From Macrostomum lignano (Eukaryota), in NCBI GenBank assembly GCA_002269645.1, contig NIVC01002975.1:1-64000 (forward strand): a stretch of 64,000 bases of DNA. Reading direction: 5' to 3'. The position numbers and the translations under genes are program-made. Positions within the stretch are counted from its first letter, which is position 1. Each line of letters opens with the position of its first letter. The notes beneath the pieces are model-generated. The model was not told the origin of the DNA. It did no database searches and worked only from the letters and a program-made list of their open reading frames with translations. Of the stretch, positions 1 through 12,153 are shown one piece after another.

Positions 1-149
1 CTGATTGATTTATTGAATAATGAAATCGCCGCAGGTTTGCAACAGAGCAGAATCGCCGACTGTAGAAGTGGATTTTATGATTGCTAAAAATTATCGTATT
101 TTAAAAACAGTTTTTGTTGCAGGATTAGCAGGCCTACTTACTAGTAGTA

Positions 150-450
150 GGCCTAGTAGTTAGAGTGCCGGACTCACGACTGAAAGGTCCGGAATTCGAT
201 TTCCGATCCACGGAACAGTTTGTGTCCTTGAGCAAGACACTCAACTCTGCATTGCTTCAGTTCACCCAGCTGTAAAATGGGTGCCAGCATTAGCTGGGGT
301 AATTAAGGGTGTGCATGCGACCCCCCAGTCCTTGGACTGAACAGCCGTACGCAGCCTTCAGATGCGCCGTGCAATAGCTGCGGCTGAGCAGCCGATTGCA
401 CATCTGCTCATTAGAGCAGGTGTAATCAATTATCATTGTTATTGTTATTA
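150..450 (+). mobile_element. tRNA-derived SINE family 1 (CORE-like central domain), copy 1
   Basis: Contains gtgtccttgagcaagacactcaactctgcattgcttcagttcacccagctgtaaaatggg, which resembles the MIR/CORE domain, and ends in an att/gtt tail. Near-identical to 12825-13035 and 23940-24100. Confidence 0.8.
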
Positions 451-517
451 CTAAGTAGTAAACTGAGAAATTCGTATCAAAATCCTGTGCAAAATCCGCT
501 TAATTAGATATATTATA

Positions 518-1192
518 CGAGGCGTGCCCTAATATTAATGCTACTTTTTATCGCACCTCATCGTTGGCAAACTACAGGCCCACATAGTTGTTGTCACTGG
601 AAAGCGGCAAGTCTCTTTAAAAATAACTTTAATTTCAATGGCTTTGGATCAGTAGTTTCAGAGATATGGTTAGTTGAGTAGAGCAAGGTCGCTCTTGACT
701 GACTTACACGACGTCGCATATGTGCCAAAATAGATTGCATGCATTCGCTGTCTATGGTCTAAAGCAGAGGTCGGCAAACTCCGGCCCGCAAGCCACATGC
801 GGCCCGCAAAGCCTCTCTATCCGGCTCTCGGGTCCTTTGAAACTTCACAATAGCAATCCGGCCTGCTCAAGGTTTGTGTCTCTCCTCTCCTCTCCTCCTA
901 TATCCCTTCTCCTTTCTCCTCTCCTATCACTTCCCACCTCTCCTCTCCTCTCCCTTCTCTCTCCTCTCCCTCCTCTGGCCCGCAGTCATGTTTTAGGTTC
1001 CAAATCTGGCCCTTAAGATAAAAAATGGCCGACCTTGCTCTACTCAACTAACCATAATTCTCAAACTACTTATCGAAATCCATTAAAATTAAATTTATAT
1101 TTAAGACTTGCCGCTTTCTTGGCACCAAATGTATTGGTCTGCAGTTTACTAACGATGAGCTGCGAAAAAATAGCACTAATGGGCACGCCTCG
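518..1192. mobile_element. Tc1/mariner-type foldback MITE with a nested hAT MITE
   Basis: TA|CGAGGCGTGCCC at 516-529 and GGGCACGCCTCG|TA at 1181-1194 give a TA target duplication. Imperfect inverted arms span about 518-691 versus 1030-1192. Confidence 0.85.
765..1037 (+). mobile_element. hAT (Charlie-like) MITE nested in the mariner MITE
   Basis: Starts CAGAGGTCGGCAAACTCCGGCCCGC and has a CT-rich core. Homologous to 26997-27191 and 27215-27380. The right end is ambiguous because it overlaps the mariner arm. Confidence 0.65.
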
Positions 1193-1219
1193 TATTAACG
1201 GGGTTGTGCCACTGAAAGG

Positions 1220-1500
1220 TATATTCTTACGGGCTAAGCAGCTCAGTGGTAAACAAGTCAGACCTTCGCGCCACAAGCCCTGATGAAAGTGAAAGGGTTG
1301 TCGTGAAAGCTTTGAGGGCCAACCCCCCAAAGCACGGAGAGTGCACATGCCTGACGATTACAATGTCAGGGTCGCTGTGCACCCTATGTGAGCGTCTGGA
1401 TGAGTTTTGTGCCTGCAAACAGTTTTGGCGCGCTTCACGATCAGGGTCAGTGGATGGGCAACGGGTGCCCGCAATCCTCCTGCAAATATTATTTATTTAC
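1220..1500 (+). mobile_element. SINE family 2, copy 1
   Basis: gagggccaacccc..aagcacgg..gtgcacatgcctgacgattacaatgtcagggtcgctgtgcac core is shared with 23575-23810, 39840-40040 and 61390-61520. Ends in a tattatttattta tail. Confidence 0.65.
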
Positions 1501-1560
1501 ACGCTCAACTGCCGCCCTCTCGTCTAATAGCAGTCTCCTCTCCTCTCCCCGCAATCGCAG

Positions 1561-4500
1561 GTGATGAAAATCGTTGAATCAATTCGGCCCGACCGTCAGA
1601 CGCTGATGTTCAGCGCGACATTCCCCCGCCAAATGGAGATTCTGGCGCGCAAAGTGCTGGACTCGCCTATCGAAGTGGTGGTGGGCGGCCGGGCGGTTGT
1701 CTGCAGCGAGGTTCAACAGGAGATCATCCTGCTGACTGAGGACGACAAGTTCTTTAAGCTGTTGGAACTGTTGGGCGTCTATCAGGAGCGCGGCGGCTGT
1801 CTGATCTTTGTTGACCGACAGGAGAAGGCTGACGAGCTGATGAAGCTGCTGATGAAGCATGCCTATCCGTGCCTGTCTCTGCACGGCGGCATCGACCAGT
1901 ACGACCGGGACAGCGTCATCACCGCCTTCAAGCGAGGCGACGCCCGCCTGCTGATCGCCACCAGCGTGGCCGCCCGCGGCCTTGACGTCACCGGCCTCAT
2001 TCTGGTTGTCAACTACGACTGCCCCAATCACTACGAGGATTATGTGCACCGCTGCGGCAGGTGCGACTGGGAGTTGCTTACTGTATCTAATCTTGTTAGA
2101 TGTCCTCTTAGACTGATTGATGCCTTTGACCCTCATCTCCCTCACGATACCTAAGGGCTGTCACCTTTGACCCTCATCTTCTCCCTCACGATGCCTAAGG
2201 GCTGTCACCTTTGACCCTCATCTTCTCCCTCACGATACCTAAAGGCTGTCACCTTTGACCCTCATCTTCTCCCTCACGATACCTAAGGGCTGTCACCTTT
2301 GACCCTCATCTTCTCAATCACAATACCTAAGGGCTGTCACCTTTGACCCTCATCTTCTCCCTCACAATACCTAAAGGCTGTCACCTTTGACCCTCATCTT
2401 CTCCCTCACAATACCTAATGGCTGTCACCTTTGACCCTCATCTTCTCCCTCACAATACCTAAAGGCTGTCACCTTTGACCCTCATCTTCTCCCTCACAAT
2501 ACCTAAAGGCTGTCACCTTTGACCCTCATCTTCTCAATCACAATACCTAAGGGCTGTCACCTTTGACCCTCATCTTCTCCCTCACAATACTTAAAGGCTG
2601 TCACCTTTGACCCTCATCTTCTCCCTCACAATACCTAAAGGCTGTCACCTTTGACCCTCATCTTCTCAATCACAATACCTAAGGGCTGTCACCTTTGGGT
2701 TGACGACTAAACATGGATTTTGGGGAAAGTTTGAGAGTGGGTCAGAGACCAAGCTCTACTGCTACTTTGCTCCCTGAGTCTCTTGATTTCAATGCTAATT
2801 ATTGAAATATTACACGTAAGCTTCAACTCTACCGCGCAGGACCGGCCGGGCCGGCAACAAGGGCCACGCCGTGACTTTCATCACTCGCGATCAGGAGAAA
2901 CACGCCGGCGATCTGATCTGGGCGCTTAAATTGGCCCAGGCAAATGTGCCAGCTAATCTGCAGGCTTTATGGGACGCCTACGTGCAGCGAATGGAGGCTG
3001 AGGGCAAACCTGTGAGTAGTATTATGATGTAACCGCCCTTGTCGCCTGTCCGCTCCGTAGAGAGACGAACGCATGACTAGAGGGGGCAATGACCGTAGGC
3101 TGCCTATGACCGGGCAATGACCTGACGGACCTCCAGCACCAGACTGTCCCGCCCACATGATTAGTAGCTTTGGTAGCGCTTCGTGACCAGAGGGCCAAGG
3201 ACCCACATGGACCCCACCTGTAGCCAAGGTGCAATAGTTGGTCACTCGGTCATAGTATGACCGAGTGGCTGCCACCACTCTATGTGACCTGGCGCACCTG
3301 GATCTTTCTACCAGACCTCTCGAGGCTAGAGCCCCGCCTGGATTGGTTACCAGGGGATTTAGGCTAACAGGGGAGACGCATGCAGCCGAGTACAGGGACT
3401 CTGCTTGGGGCATGATCGGGAACTCTGGGCTCAATCCTGGAGGATTTCTCAGCAGGGGATCCTTTGTGGCTGTGAGCGAGGCTGACTTGCGACTTTGATT
3501 ACTAAGAGTAGTATGAGGCGAACATGTACTGTCTACAGTTTAGATTGCTCAGGGCGAAGGGACGCGTTAGCATGGGGTTGCAACCTTCCTACTGCCATTC
3601 TGTGCCAAGACTCGCTAATCCCTCTACTGCACGCACACGCGGCCCCGCAGCACGCACTCACAGGCGGGCTTTGCACGGGGAGAGGCCATTAGCTTACCCA
3701 AACTTCCTTATGCTTTGCCACCCGGGAGAAAGGCTTAGCAAGCCATGAGTGAAATGATGGTGAAAGATTGAATAATGATGAAGTTAGTTAATAGTTAATA
3801 ATTAGGCCCTTAGGCAAATAAGCAGGCAATTAGGCAGCTTCACTATTGAGTAAAATACAGCAAAAGATACGGTATCACAATTGGCTCAGCTCTCTAATCA
3901 GACAATGGAAAATAGGCAAACCCCGGATAAGCAAAGGCAATTAGAGCACAAATTAGTAGCAGGAACTTACCGGCAGCTGCACAGAGAGAGAGAGAGGCGG
4001 AGTGACCGAGGGCGGCTGTAGGCTGCAGTCAGGCAGACGGTGAAGCGGCGATGCGCTGGAGCGACGAGGCGCCGATGTAGATCAGGCGATGCTGATGATG
4101 CTGGGCGGTATCAGACCGCTGGCCGATAGGCGAGCTCACTTGGGGAGCTAAGGATAACTTGGCGGTAACAGACCGCGGACCGGCAGGGATTCGTCTTATA
4201 GACGAATGGGTCAGAACTCAATCTGACAGCAAGTCCAAAGAAGGACGAGGAGAGGAACAGAGATAACCTCAGTTGAGTATTCTCATGCCGAAATCGCTTC
4301 CTTTTATAGACCTCACAGCCGCCTCCTCAAGGTCGTTACCATGGCTCCCTCTCTCTGATTGGCTGCCGGCAGAATGACGTCAGAATGAGTCATGATGAGA
4401 AGCATGAGACCGGCATAGCAACATGAGAAATCGGGAAAATGCGCAATCCGGAGGTGGGGTGGGGGGATAATTGGCGCAGCGGGTGGTCGCGAAAGTGTTG

Positions 4501-6792
4501 CGCAAGCAAACATTGAGAACAATAGGGCTGGGGTCGAGAACAAAGGAATTGGAAATCGGGGATAATTGGGGAAAACTGAGAACAATGGAAGAGTAAACAT
4601 TGGAGAAAAGGTGATAATTAGGTGCGAAAACGAGAACAAAAGAAAGAGAAAATCGGAGAAAATGTGATAATTGGTGGGGGTCGAGAGAACAAAAGAAGCA
4701 AAAACGAGAACAATAGAAGCGGAGGTGGGGTGGGTGTCACATGAGAAATTTGGGAAGGAGAACAATAGCGTGAGAAAAGGTTGCGCAAGAGAGGGGGATG
4801 AGTCATCGATGAGTCACCGAGGGGGAGAAGGGGTCACACGACTTGCGTCACCGTTTGGGAGTTTGAGAGGGGATGGGGAGACGGTGAGCACACAAAGTAC
4901 TGTAAGTAGACACAGGGAAAGAGGGGACAGCGCAGGAAAAGAGTGCAGAGGGAGACAAAAAAGGAGGAGGTAGAGAAAGTACAGGAAGAATAGGGCGGGA
5001 ACAGAAGAGATAGGGTAGAGGGGGAGGTACAGAAAGGGGTAGGGGCTCCGGAAAGGCAGGTGTGGCGGCAGGAGAGACGGGACCAAGGCAGCAGGAGGGG
5101 TGCAGCAGAGCGGGAGTCTCCAGGCCCGGTCGGAGACCTGGCCGAGTCTCGACAGCTCTGTGCAGAGGGTGCACGGGATAGGAGGCACTTTCAAAAAAGT
5201 TCCCATGCCCTATCCCGCGACCAGAGCGTGGTTACATCAATTAGTAATAGTAGTAGTTAAAGTCTATAGTAGATTTTTATTTTATAGAAAACAAAAATTG
5301 CGAGCCAACATCAAAACGCGCAGTTCAATGTGTGCAGACACAGTAGAGAAGTCAGGACCGCTGTACACCCTGCGTGGGTGCCTGCGTACTTATCCGTCTG
5401 CTCACCTCCCCGCTGATAAATCCCTTATTAATACGAATTTCATCACAGTGCGGCTTTAAAGTAAGTGACTTACCGAATCACGTCGAATTTACCTCTCGCC
5501 CCGCCAGGTGCGCAGCGCCAGCGGCTTCACTCGCCGCTGCAAAGGCTACGCATTTGACGACGAGGAGTCGCGCCTAGCCAAAGATCGCAAGAAGCTGCAG
5601 AAAGCCTCCATGGGTCTGCAGGACTCCGACGACGAGGCCGACAATATCGACGATCACATTGAGGAGCTCTTCGCCCCGCGACAGCGCGTCAAGAATGTGG
5701 CGCCTGGCGCTCCCACTGCCTCATCGACTGCCGCTTCGACCTCAGCGACGCTCACCTCCGCTGCCGCCAGCGCTGTCGCTTCATCCTCAGCCTCCAACAC
5801 GGTTGCGGTATCTTCCTCGCAATCTTCTGCTGCACCGTCCACCCCGGCCGCCGCCGCCGCTGCCGCTGCAGCCGCTGCAATCGCCGCCAACTGGGCCGCT
5901 GGTAACGTTGGAGGCGGGGCCGCCCCGGTGGGCTCGGCTGCCTCCGCTGTGCCCGACGTAGCTGCAGCCGCAGCCGCCGCTGAGCAGCAGCCGCAGAACA
6001 AGGAGCTCCAGCGGAAACTGCAGCTGGCCAAGCAGCGGGCCACGCTGGTTAATCTGGGCCGCCAGGAGGACCAGCAGCAGGCAGCCGCCACAGCCATGCG
6101 CGGCTCAGTCAGTCTGAATCCGTCATCGATCTCCGTTAGCAGCAAAACTCTGGCTAACCAGATGGCCGAGCGATTGAATGTCCGACTGGGCTACCGGCCA
6201 GCCGAGGAGACTCCAGTGGAAGCTGAGGAGACCACTGTGAAACGGTAAGGCCCGGCTGTAGAACTCCGGGTAGAACTGGATTTTTTAGATGCTTATCGAT
6301 TTTTAAGATCTTATAATGTTTCAACTAGCTACTCAGAGTAGAAATAAAAGTTTTTAAACTATTTCTTAAATAAAATTACGTTTTTGTGCTTTTCAATGGT
6401 ATAACAAACGTTATTTATTATGTATATAAAAAAATTTAACCTAGAAATCCACCTTGACCCGCAGCTACGAGGTGGAGCTGGAGATCAACGACTTTCCCCA
6501 GAACGTGCGCTGGCGCCTCACCAGCCGGGAGTTCCTTGGCAACCTGTCCGAACTGTGCGACGTCGGCATCTCCGTACGCGGCGCTTTTATGCCGCAGCGG
6601 CCGCCGCCGCCGCCAACTCCCGAAGCAGCCGAGGCGGCAGAGCGGCCGCTCTACCTGCTAGTGGAGTCGCTGTCGGATATGAACATCCAGAATGCTAAGA
6701 AGGAGATCACCCGGGTGGTCAAAGAGGAGCTGCTCCGTCTGCAATCTTCTACGCAGTTGAACCGGCTGCCCGGTCGCTACAAAGTGCTCTAA
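1561..6792 (+). CDS. DDX46: DEAD-box helicase DDX46/Prp5, 3' part (5' exons not found in the window)
   Basis: Exons 1561-2060, 2840-3011, 5508-6244 and 6465-6792, all GT-AG with matching phases. Motifs SAT, ARGLD and HRCGRTGRAG, plus LQDSDDE and the C-terminal [17 protein letters not shown] typical of DDX46. Confidence 0.95.
2123..2696. repeat. 44-bp minisatellite, about 13 copies, in a DDX46 intron
   Basis: Unit gatacctaagggctgtcacctttgaccctcatcttctccctcac. Confidence 0.95.
3025..5239 (-). mobile_element. Probable solo LTR (Gypsy-like), 2.2 kb, in a DDX46 intron
   Basis: TGATGTAACC...GGTTACATCA termini with about 20 bp of imperfect inverted repeat and a perfect 4-bp ATTA duplication (3021-3024, 5240-5243). 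Minus-strand TATAAAA at 4302-4308. No coding capacity seen. Confidence 0.75.
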
Positions 6793-9208
6793 GCTGCTTT
6801 GCTTCTCTGCCTTGAGAGCGACTGCTTTGTTTGACCCATACACGAATTCAGTAGAAGGGAAACTTTCTTAGAAAATTCTTGACGGCTGGCTTTACGTCTT
6901 TTTTTCGAAAAAAAATTGCGCGGTGCTCTGATGTGCCAGCGGCCCAGGCTCGATTCCAAATGCGTCTTAGAAACCCAGCCTTAAAATGTTTTTTTTAAGA
7001 AACAAAACTTCTACGTTTCTACTTAAGTCGTCAACGGTTTGACCTTGAATGTCCTTGCGCAGCGTTTTCTGATGGTTATGGCTTTAAATTTTCCAATATA
7101 AATGTGCGCATGGGAAATTTTTAATAAAGCTATCCACTATTAAGTACTTCGGAATTTTTTCGTTTTTTTCTGGTGCATGATGTGGTATAGAATCGATAAT
7201 ATTTGCATGAGTTAGTTACTCGTAACTAACGAGTATCAGTTTCGCTGGTCAGTTCAAGTCTAAATTATAGTTGTCATACAGTATGCCTGTTTCAAAGTAA
7301 CTGCTACTTGTTTCGTATTGCTACGTATTTGCATTAACAAAAAAAGGTAATAAAAATTCTGCAATACACACCTAGTGTTGCACCTATCTGCTTTGTGCGT
7401 TTTCTGTATCTAAAGATATTTGAAGTTTCTAAATACTGGATACCTAGAAAACTTCTTTTCGCATATTACAGCGACAAAATTTCGGACATGGGTGTACGTA
7501 ATGTTCGTAATATTTTTGGTGGAAAATAATTATTTCGAGACTTGTTATAATTAATAACTATTCATTCATTCTACTTGAAAAGGGGAGCGAGCGAACGCAT
7601 TACAATATGCTTTCTACTTAAAAACTAAAATGTGTATATATATAGCAACTCCGTTGAGATGCAACTTTTTGGATAGCTGTTTCAATAAATGAACTGTATT
7701 GGGCACTGGTATACCTATAGTTATCTTGATGGGTGATAATACTAGGCTTCATCAATCGAAAATCAGTCCAACAAAATAAGATTGCTTGCTATCTTCCGTT
7801 CCCGTCGGATCGATGTACATATACATAGAAAATCATAAATTATGTAGCCGTTAGATGGCCGAAATTGTCATGCACCTAATTAATTTACGCTAAATTAATC
7901 CAATAAAGTGCATTCAATAAAACGCATGCGAACCAAACGTAGCATGTCCCGACAAAAAAATCCGGGTTTGCTTGAAATAAAAGAATTTAAACAAAAAATA
8001 TTCATTAATGAACAGCTTTCGAGAATATTAATTATACTTTACTGAAAATGCAATGCAGTAGCTTTTTTTTCAATAAACGTACTAAAAAAATTACTTTTGC
8101 AATTGCTCAAAGGCGCGTCAGTTCTTTTGCCATCATTTTGGTTTAGAAATATGCATCTTTTTGCATTTGCATATTTTTTATCGACCAACCAACAGGACAG
8201 GAAAGACAAAATCAAAATGCTTTATAAAACGGCGATAATACCTATTTAAAACCTTTCAATGCTTTTGTAGGATATAAATTCTTTAGAAAAACCTTGTTTT
8301 TTGTCTTTGGCCATAAGTTTTCTTTCAAAGCAGATTTCTGTTTTTTTGCATTTTGCGGCTATACACTGGTCACTGAATCTGGGTTGGGGATAGGTTCCAT
8401 TTATTTAAGACTCTGTCAAATAAACCGAAAGTAGGGGATTTTGATTAAATTAGTTTCTCGTTGTTTAAAAATATCATAAAGTATTAAAAATATACTAAAA
8501 TATTATAAAGTATATATGACAAGTTACTTATCACAGTTTTTATGTGGCATGCTTTTTCAGTGGTCATACAGCCAAGCCATGACCATGTTACCATACCTTT
8601 TTAGCTAGTGATATGAGCTTTTGATTTTATTATTATTTAATTGCATGTATTAAATCACAATTTTCTGGACCCTGCATTCTTATCCTTAAATAATAAAATT
8701 TACTGACAGTTTTCAACCATAAAGAAAGTAAAAAAATATCAATTTTTAGTGTACAATTTCATACTGTTTTAGCCTAAAAATGTTGAATTCTATTATCTGG
8801 CAGTGCTGCTATAAAAATTAAATAGGATATGGAGTAATTTTGGACTTGAATTACAAACTAAAATTCTAAAAATTCTAATCAAGTCAATATTTCAAGTATG
8901 TAAAATTTTAAAGTATATGAATATTTGAGTTTTATTGCTTTAGTTTTCTTCTGCACCATGTTTTTCCCCATATATTCTAATATACTAATCATACTTCCAT
9001 TTATAGTGATGAACAGGCAGTAGTATAATTTTTTAATATATTTTATACATTAGATATTGAAATTTGTCATGTCTTAATTACACATTTTAATATTTTAAAT
9101 ATTCAATTAAGTATACAATTCGAAATCTTGAGTCTGAATGAATAATAGAAATGGGTACATTGTGGCCACCCCAACCTGACATTAGATTTAAACTCAACTT
9201 TCTTTCAG

Positions 9209-9553
9209 GCAGTCCCTCTGGTTTATGGCGTTGGACCAGGCATTGTCGCCCTGGGCTGCCTGCTCTGCCTCACCCTACTGTCGGGGCTGATCGCCTCGCG
9301 CTTGAAGTCAAGTTCTGCTGGTCGCCAATTTGGTCTTTTGATCGGCGCCGCCGCTCTGTTGGCCTGCGCCGGCTTGCTCAGCCTTCCACGGCCGGCTGTT
9401 CCGGCGGCCGACGCTGCCACGGTCGACTTCATGCTGATTGGCCGGGCCAGCCTGCTGTGCGGCCTGGCTGTGGCCCTGCTCCTTGCCGGCCTGCAGGAGT
9501 TCGTCCTGCTGAACTCGGTTGGCGGCGGGCCGGACTTTGTGCACCGGCTTTAA
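9209..9553 (+). CDS. TMEM218: TMEM218-like ciliary transition-zone protein, paralog a
   Basis: AVPLVYGVGPGIVALGCL..LIASR..LLSLPR..TVDFMLIGRASLL aligns by eye with TMEM218 (GVGAG..LLSR..LLLFPR..IVDDFFIGRYVLL). Start is either ATGG at 9151-9154 spliced to 9213, or an external ATG at acceptor 9208. Confidence 0.75.
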   Translation, partial: AVPLVYGVGPGIVALGCLLCLTLLSGLIASRLKSSSAGRQFGLLIGAAALLACAGLLSLPRPAVPAADAATVDFMLIGRASLLCGLAVALLLAGLQEFVLLNSVGGGPDFVHRL

Positions 9554-10080
9554 CTAGCGGCTGGACCCGCTGGGAGTAAGACGGTGTATCTGCATGTATG
9601 GGAATTTAATTTAATCTCCTAGTTTCTCTTCACGTGTATTACATTTTTATTTTACTTGTGATTGTAATTTTAACTGAAATATTCATTGTATTGTATTGTA
9701 CTGTGAATGTAATTTTGATTGCACTGTCAACTGTACTTTTGACTGTGCTGTTTTTTGTACTCTTTATTGTACTTCAGAATGTATTGTTTTTGTACTTTTT
9801 AATGTACTTTTAATCGTTTCTAATCCCAATCCCATAAATGCTGGTATTTAATGTGTATCGAACAGAAATCCGAATGTTCCTATCCATACAAATTTCATTA
9901 AAACTCTTAACGTATTCTCGATTTATGATCTTAGTCTGACTGTTTCGTCCCGATGCACTAAAAAACATCCAGCTTGTATCGTGTACTTTCGCAACTATGT
10001 ACATGTATTAGCAATTTGAGATTAGTGTCAATCAAACAGCTTCCGGTATTTTAATTGTGCAATTTATGCATCTTTTCTAG

Positions 10081-11168
10081 TCTCCATTTTTGGTAAGTAT
10101 GTCCACGCAGTTTGCACTTGGTATTTTCTACAAATAAATCCTCTGCAAAAAAATTTTTACACAAAATTATATTGTCTCAACTTGAATTTAATGATTAATT
10201 GATTAATCGGGGAGTTTTAGCTAACAACTATAATAAATTTTTTAATGCTTTCTACGAGTATTAGGTCGTAGTAGAAAGAGATGAATTATAAGAGACTATA
10301 CTGTCTTGGCTATAAAACATTTGCTAACTGTCCGATTTGGGAGTGGCTTTTACAAGCTCGAAATTTCACATTATAGTTTTAGAATTTGTTTAAGTGACTA
10401 GCTGGGCTTTGCGACGATGTGAAGTTTCGAGCTCTTGAAGTTTCGAGCTTATGAAAGTTTCGAGCTTGTGAAAGCTTCGAGCTTGTGAAGTTTCGAGCTT
10501 GTGAAGTTTCGAGCTTGTGAAGTTTCGAGCTTGTGAAAGCTTCGAGCTTGTGAAGTTTCGAGCTTGTGAAGTTTCGAGCTTGTGAAGTTTCGAGCTTGTG
10601 AAAGCTTCGAGCTTGTGAAGTTTCGAGCTTGTGAAAGCTTCGAGCTTCTGAAGTTTCGAGCTTGTAAAGTTTCGATCTTGTGAAGTTTCGAGCTTATGAA
10701 AGCTTCGAGCTTAAGAAAGTTTGGAGCTTTTAAAGCCCCCGCCACGTAAAACTTGGCTAAAAGCAGCTTAGTAACTCTATATACAGCTAAGACAACACTT
10801 AAAAGTGTTTAAATATTGAAGATGATTCGAATTACTCACCCCAGGCCACCGTCGGCTCGGGCCTCATCCTGCTAGCGGTCCTATGGGGCCTGGCGCTTCT
10901 CCTGCTTACCGTGTCCGCCCGGGCGCATTCCGGGCTCCGTTTTATTGGCGTGCCGGTCTTGCTGCTCACCGGCCTGGTCACGGCTATTCTGGTCACCATG
11001 CCGCGCGGCGATTCGCAACTAGCCGATGCCAGCGCTATGTTCGATGCGATGTACGTGCCAAGGGTTGTGCTGCTGCTGCTATTCTCCCTGCTGGCGCTGT
11101 CGTCGGGGCTTGTCTACTTCCAGATGGCCGCCGGGTTGCGTCTGGTGCCAGCTGAAACTGCGAGCTGA
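10081..11168 (+). CDS. TMEM218: TMEM218-like protein, paralog b
   Basis: Exons 10081-10092 (SPFL; ttttctag|...|gtaagt) and 10845-11168: ATVGSGLILLAVLW..RAHSGLRF..ILVTMPR..MFDAMYVPRVVLL. The start codon is not in these exons. Confidence 0.7.
10430..10720. repeat. 16/17-bp minisatellite, about 18 copies, in the TMEM218b intron
   Basis: Units gtgaagtttcgagctt and gtgaaagcttcgagctt. One inverted unit at 10352-10370. Confidence 0.95.
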
Positions 11169-11430
11169 TTGGCTGGGACTGGTGCGAGGTGCCTGGCTCT
11201 GATTGGCTGGGACTGGTGCGAGGTGCCTAGCTTTGATTGGCTGTGACTGGTGCGAGTTGTCTGGCTCTGATTGGCTGGGACTGGTGCGAGGTGCCTGGCT
11301 CTGATTGGCTGGGATTGGTGCGAGGTGTCTGGCTCTGATTGGCTGGGACTGGTGTGGGGTGCCTGGCATTGACTGCAATTTGATTGGCTGTGACTGTTAC
11401 AGGGTGCCTGGCTTTGATTGGCTGGGACTG
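11165..11430. repeat. 34-bp minisatellite, about 8 copies, starting at the TMEM218b stop codon
   Basis: Unit gattggctgggactggtgcgaggtgcctggctct. Confidence 0.9.
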
Positions 11431-12153
11431 TGCTGGTTGTTTGGTGATTCGAAAACGTCATCTCTTTTAAAAATCATGCTAAGAAGTGTGTCGGGTGTTA
11501 CCCTCTGATATTTTAAGATCTTGCCCGTTTGACTGCTGTGGTTTTGAAATTTACCTACCCAATAACTGTTATTTTCGTCGTTTTCTGTTTTACAGTGCAT
11601 GTGCGCACACACTACTACTAGTCCATAGGAATTACGTGATTTTCCCGTCCAGAATTGTTTCAGTCTGATCCATTATTGATTTACGCTATTCGCACAAGCC
11701 ATCAAGGCTTAAGGTATATTTTACTTACTTTTTTTCAGTGCAATATTTATTGTGCGAAGTTTTTACGGATTTTTGAGTTTTCTATCGCAACAATAAAACA
11801 GGCCAATTAATGTACTTTAATGTGCAATTTCATTTTGTTGACAATGTGCATAAAAACAGTGAAACAGGTCGCACTCGCTGTGTATTTTTTCATTTAAATA
11901 ATTTGTTTTAAATACGTTACGTTTCTGCCTTTCTGGTTTGTTCGTTGTTCTTAGAAGCAAGGTGTACGCAATTAAATTTGTTTAAATTGAGTGAGATCAT
12001 AGAAAAACTATTTAAATAATTTGAGATCGGTGCGCAATGTTGATAAATTTACTCATTTAGAAGTAATTTTACTCGTATATAATAAGTAAAAAATAGGTAG
12101 TATAACAAAAATTTCATCAATAAGAGTTCCATGCGCTGGCGAACTCCAAAAAT

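Noticed and set aside
1270-1305. CTGATGA...GAAA hammerhead-like core
   Set aside because: Only 3 nt lie between CTGATGA and GAAA, with no stem II and no stem III/UH site.
1579-2145. Antisense ORFs over DDX46, HDAC1 (46244-47104), H4 and Gypsy
   Set aside because: Shadows of GC3-rich sense codons.
6800-9150. AT-rich spacer searched for snRNA, SL RNA or small genes
   Set aside because: No recognisable motif or supported exon. A covariance-model search would be needed to exclude ncRNAs.
9551-9581. TAA-CTAG readthrough context plus a downstream donor that might fuse TMEM218a to b
   Set aside because: The donor at 9576 leaves 22 nt (phase 1), out of frame with the phase-0 microexon, and TAA is the least leaky stop.
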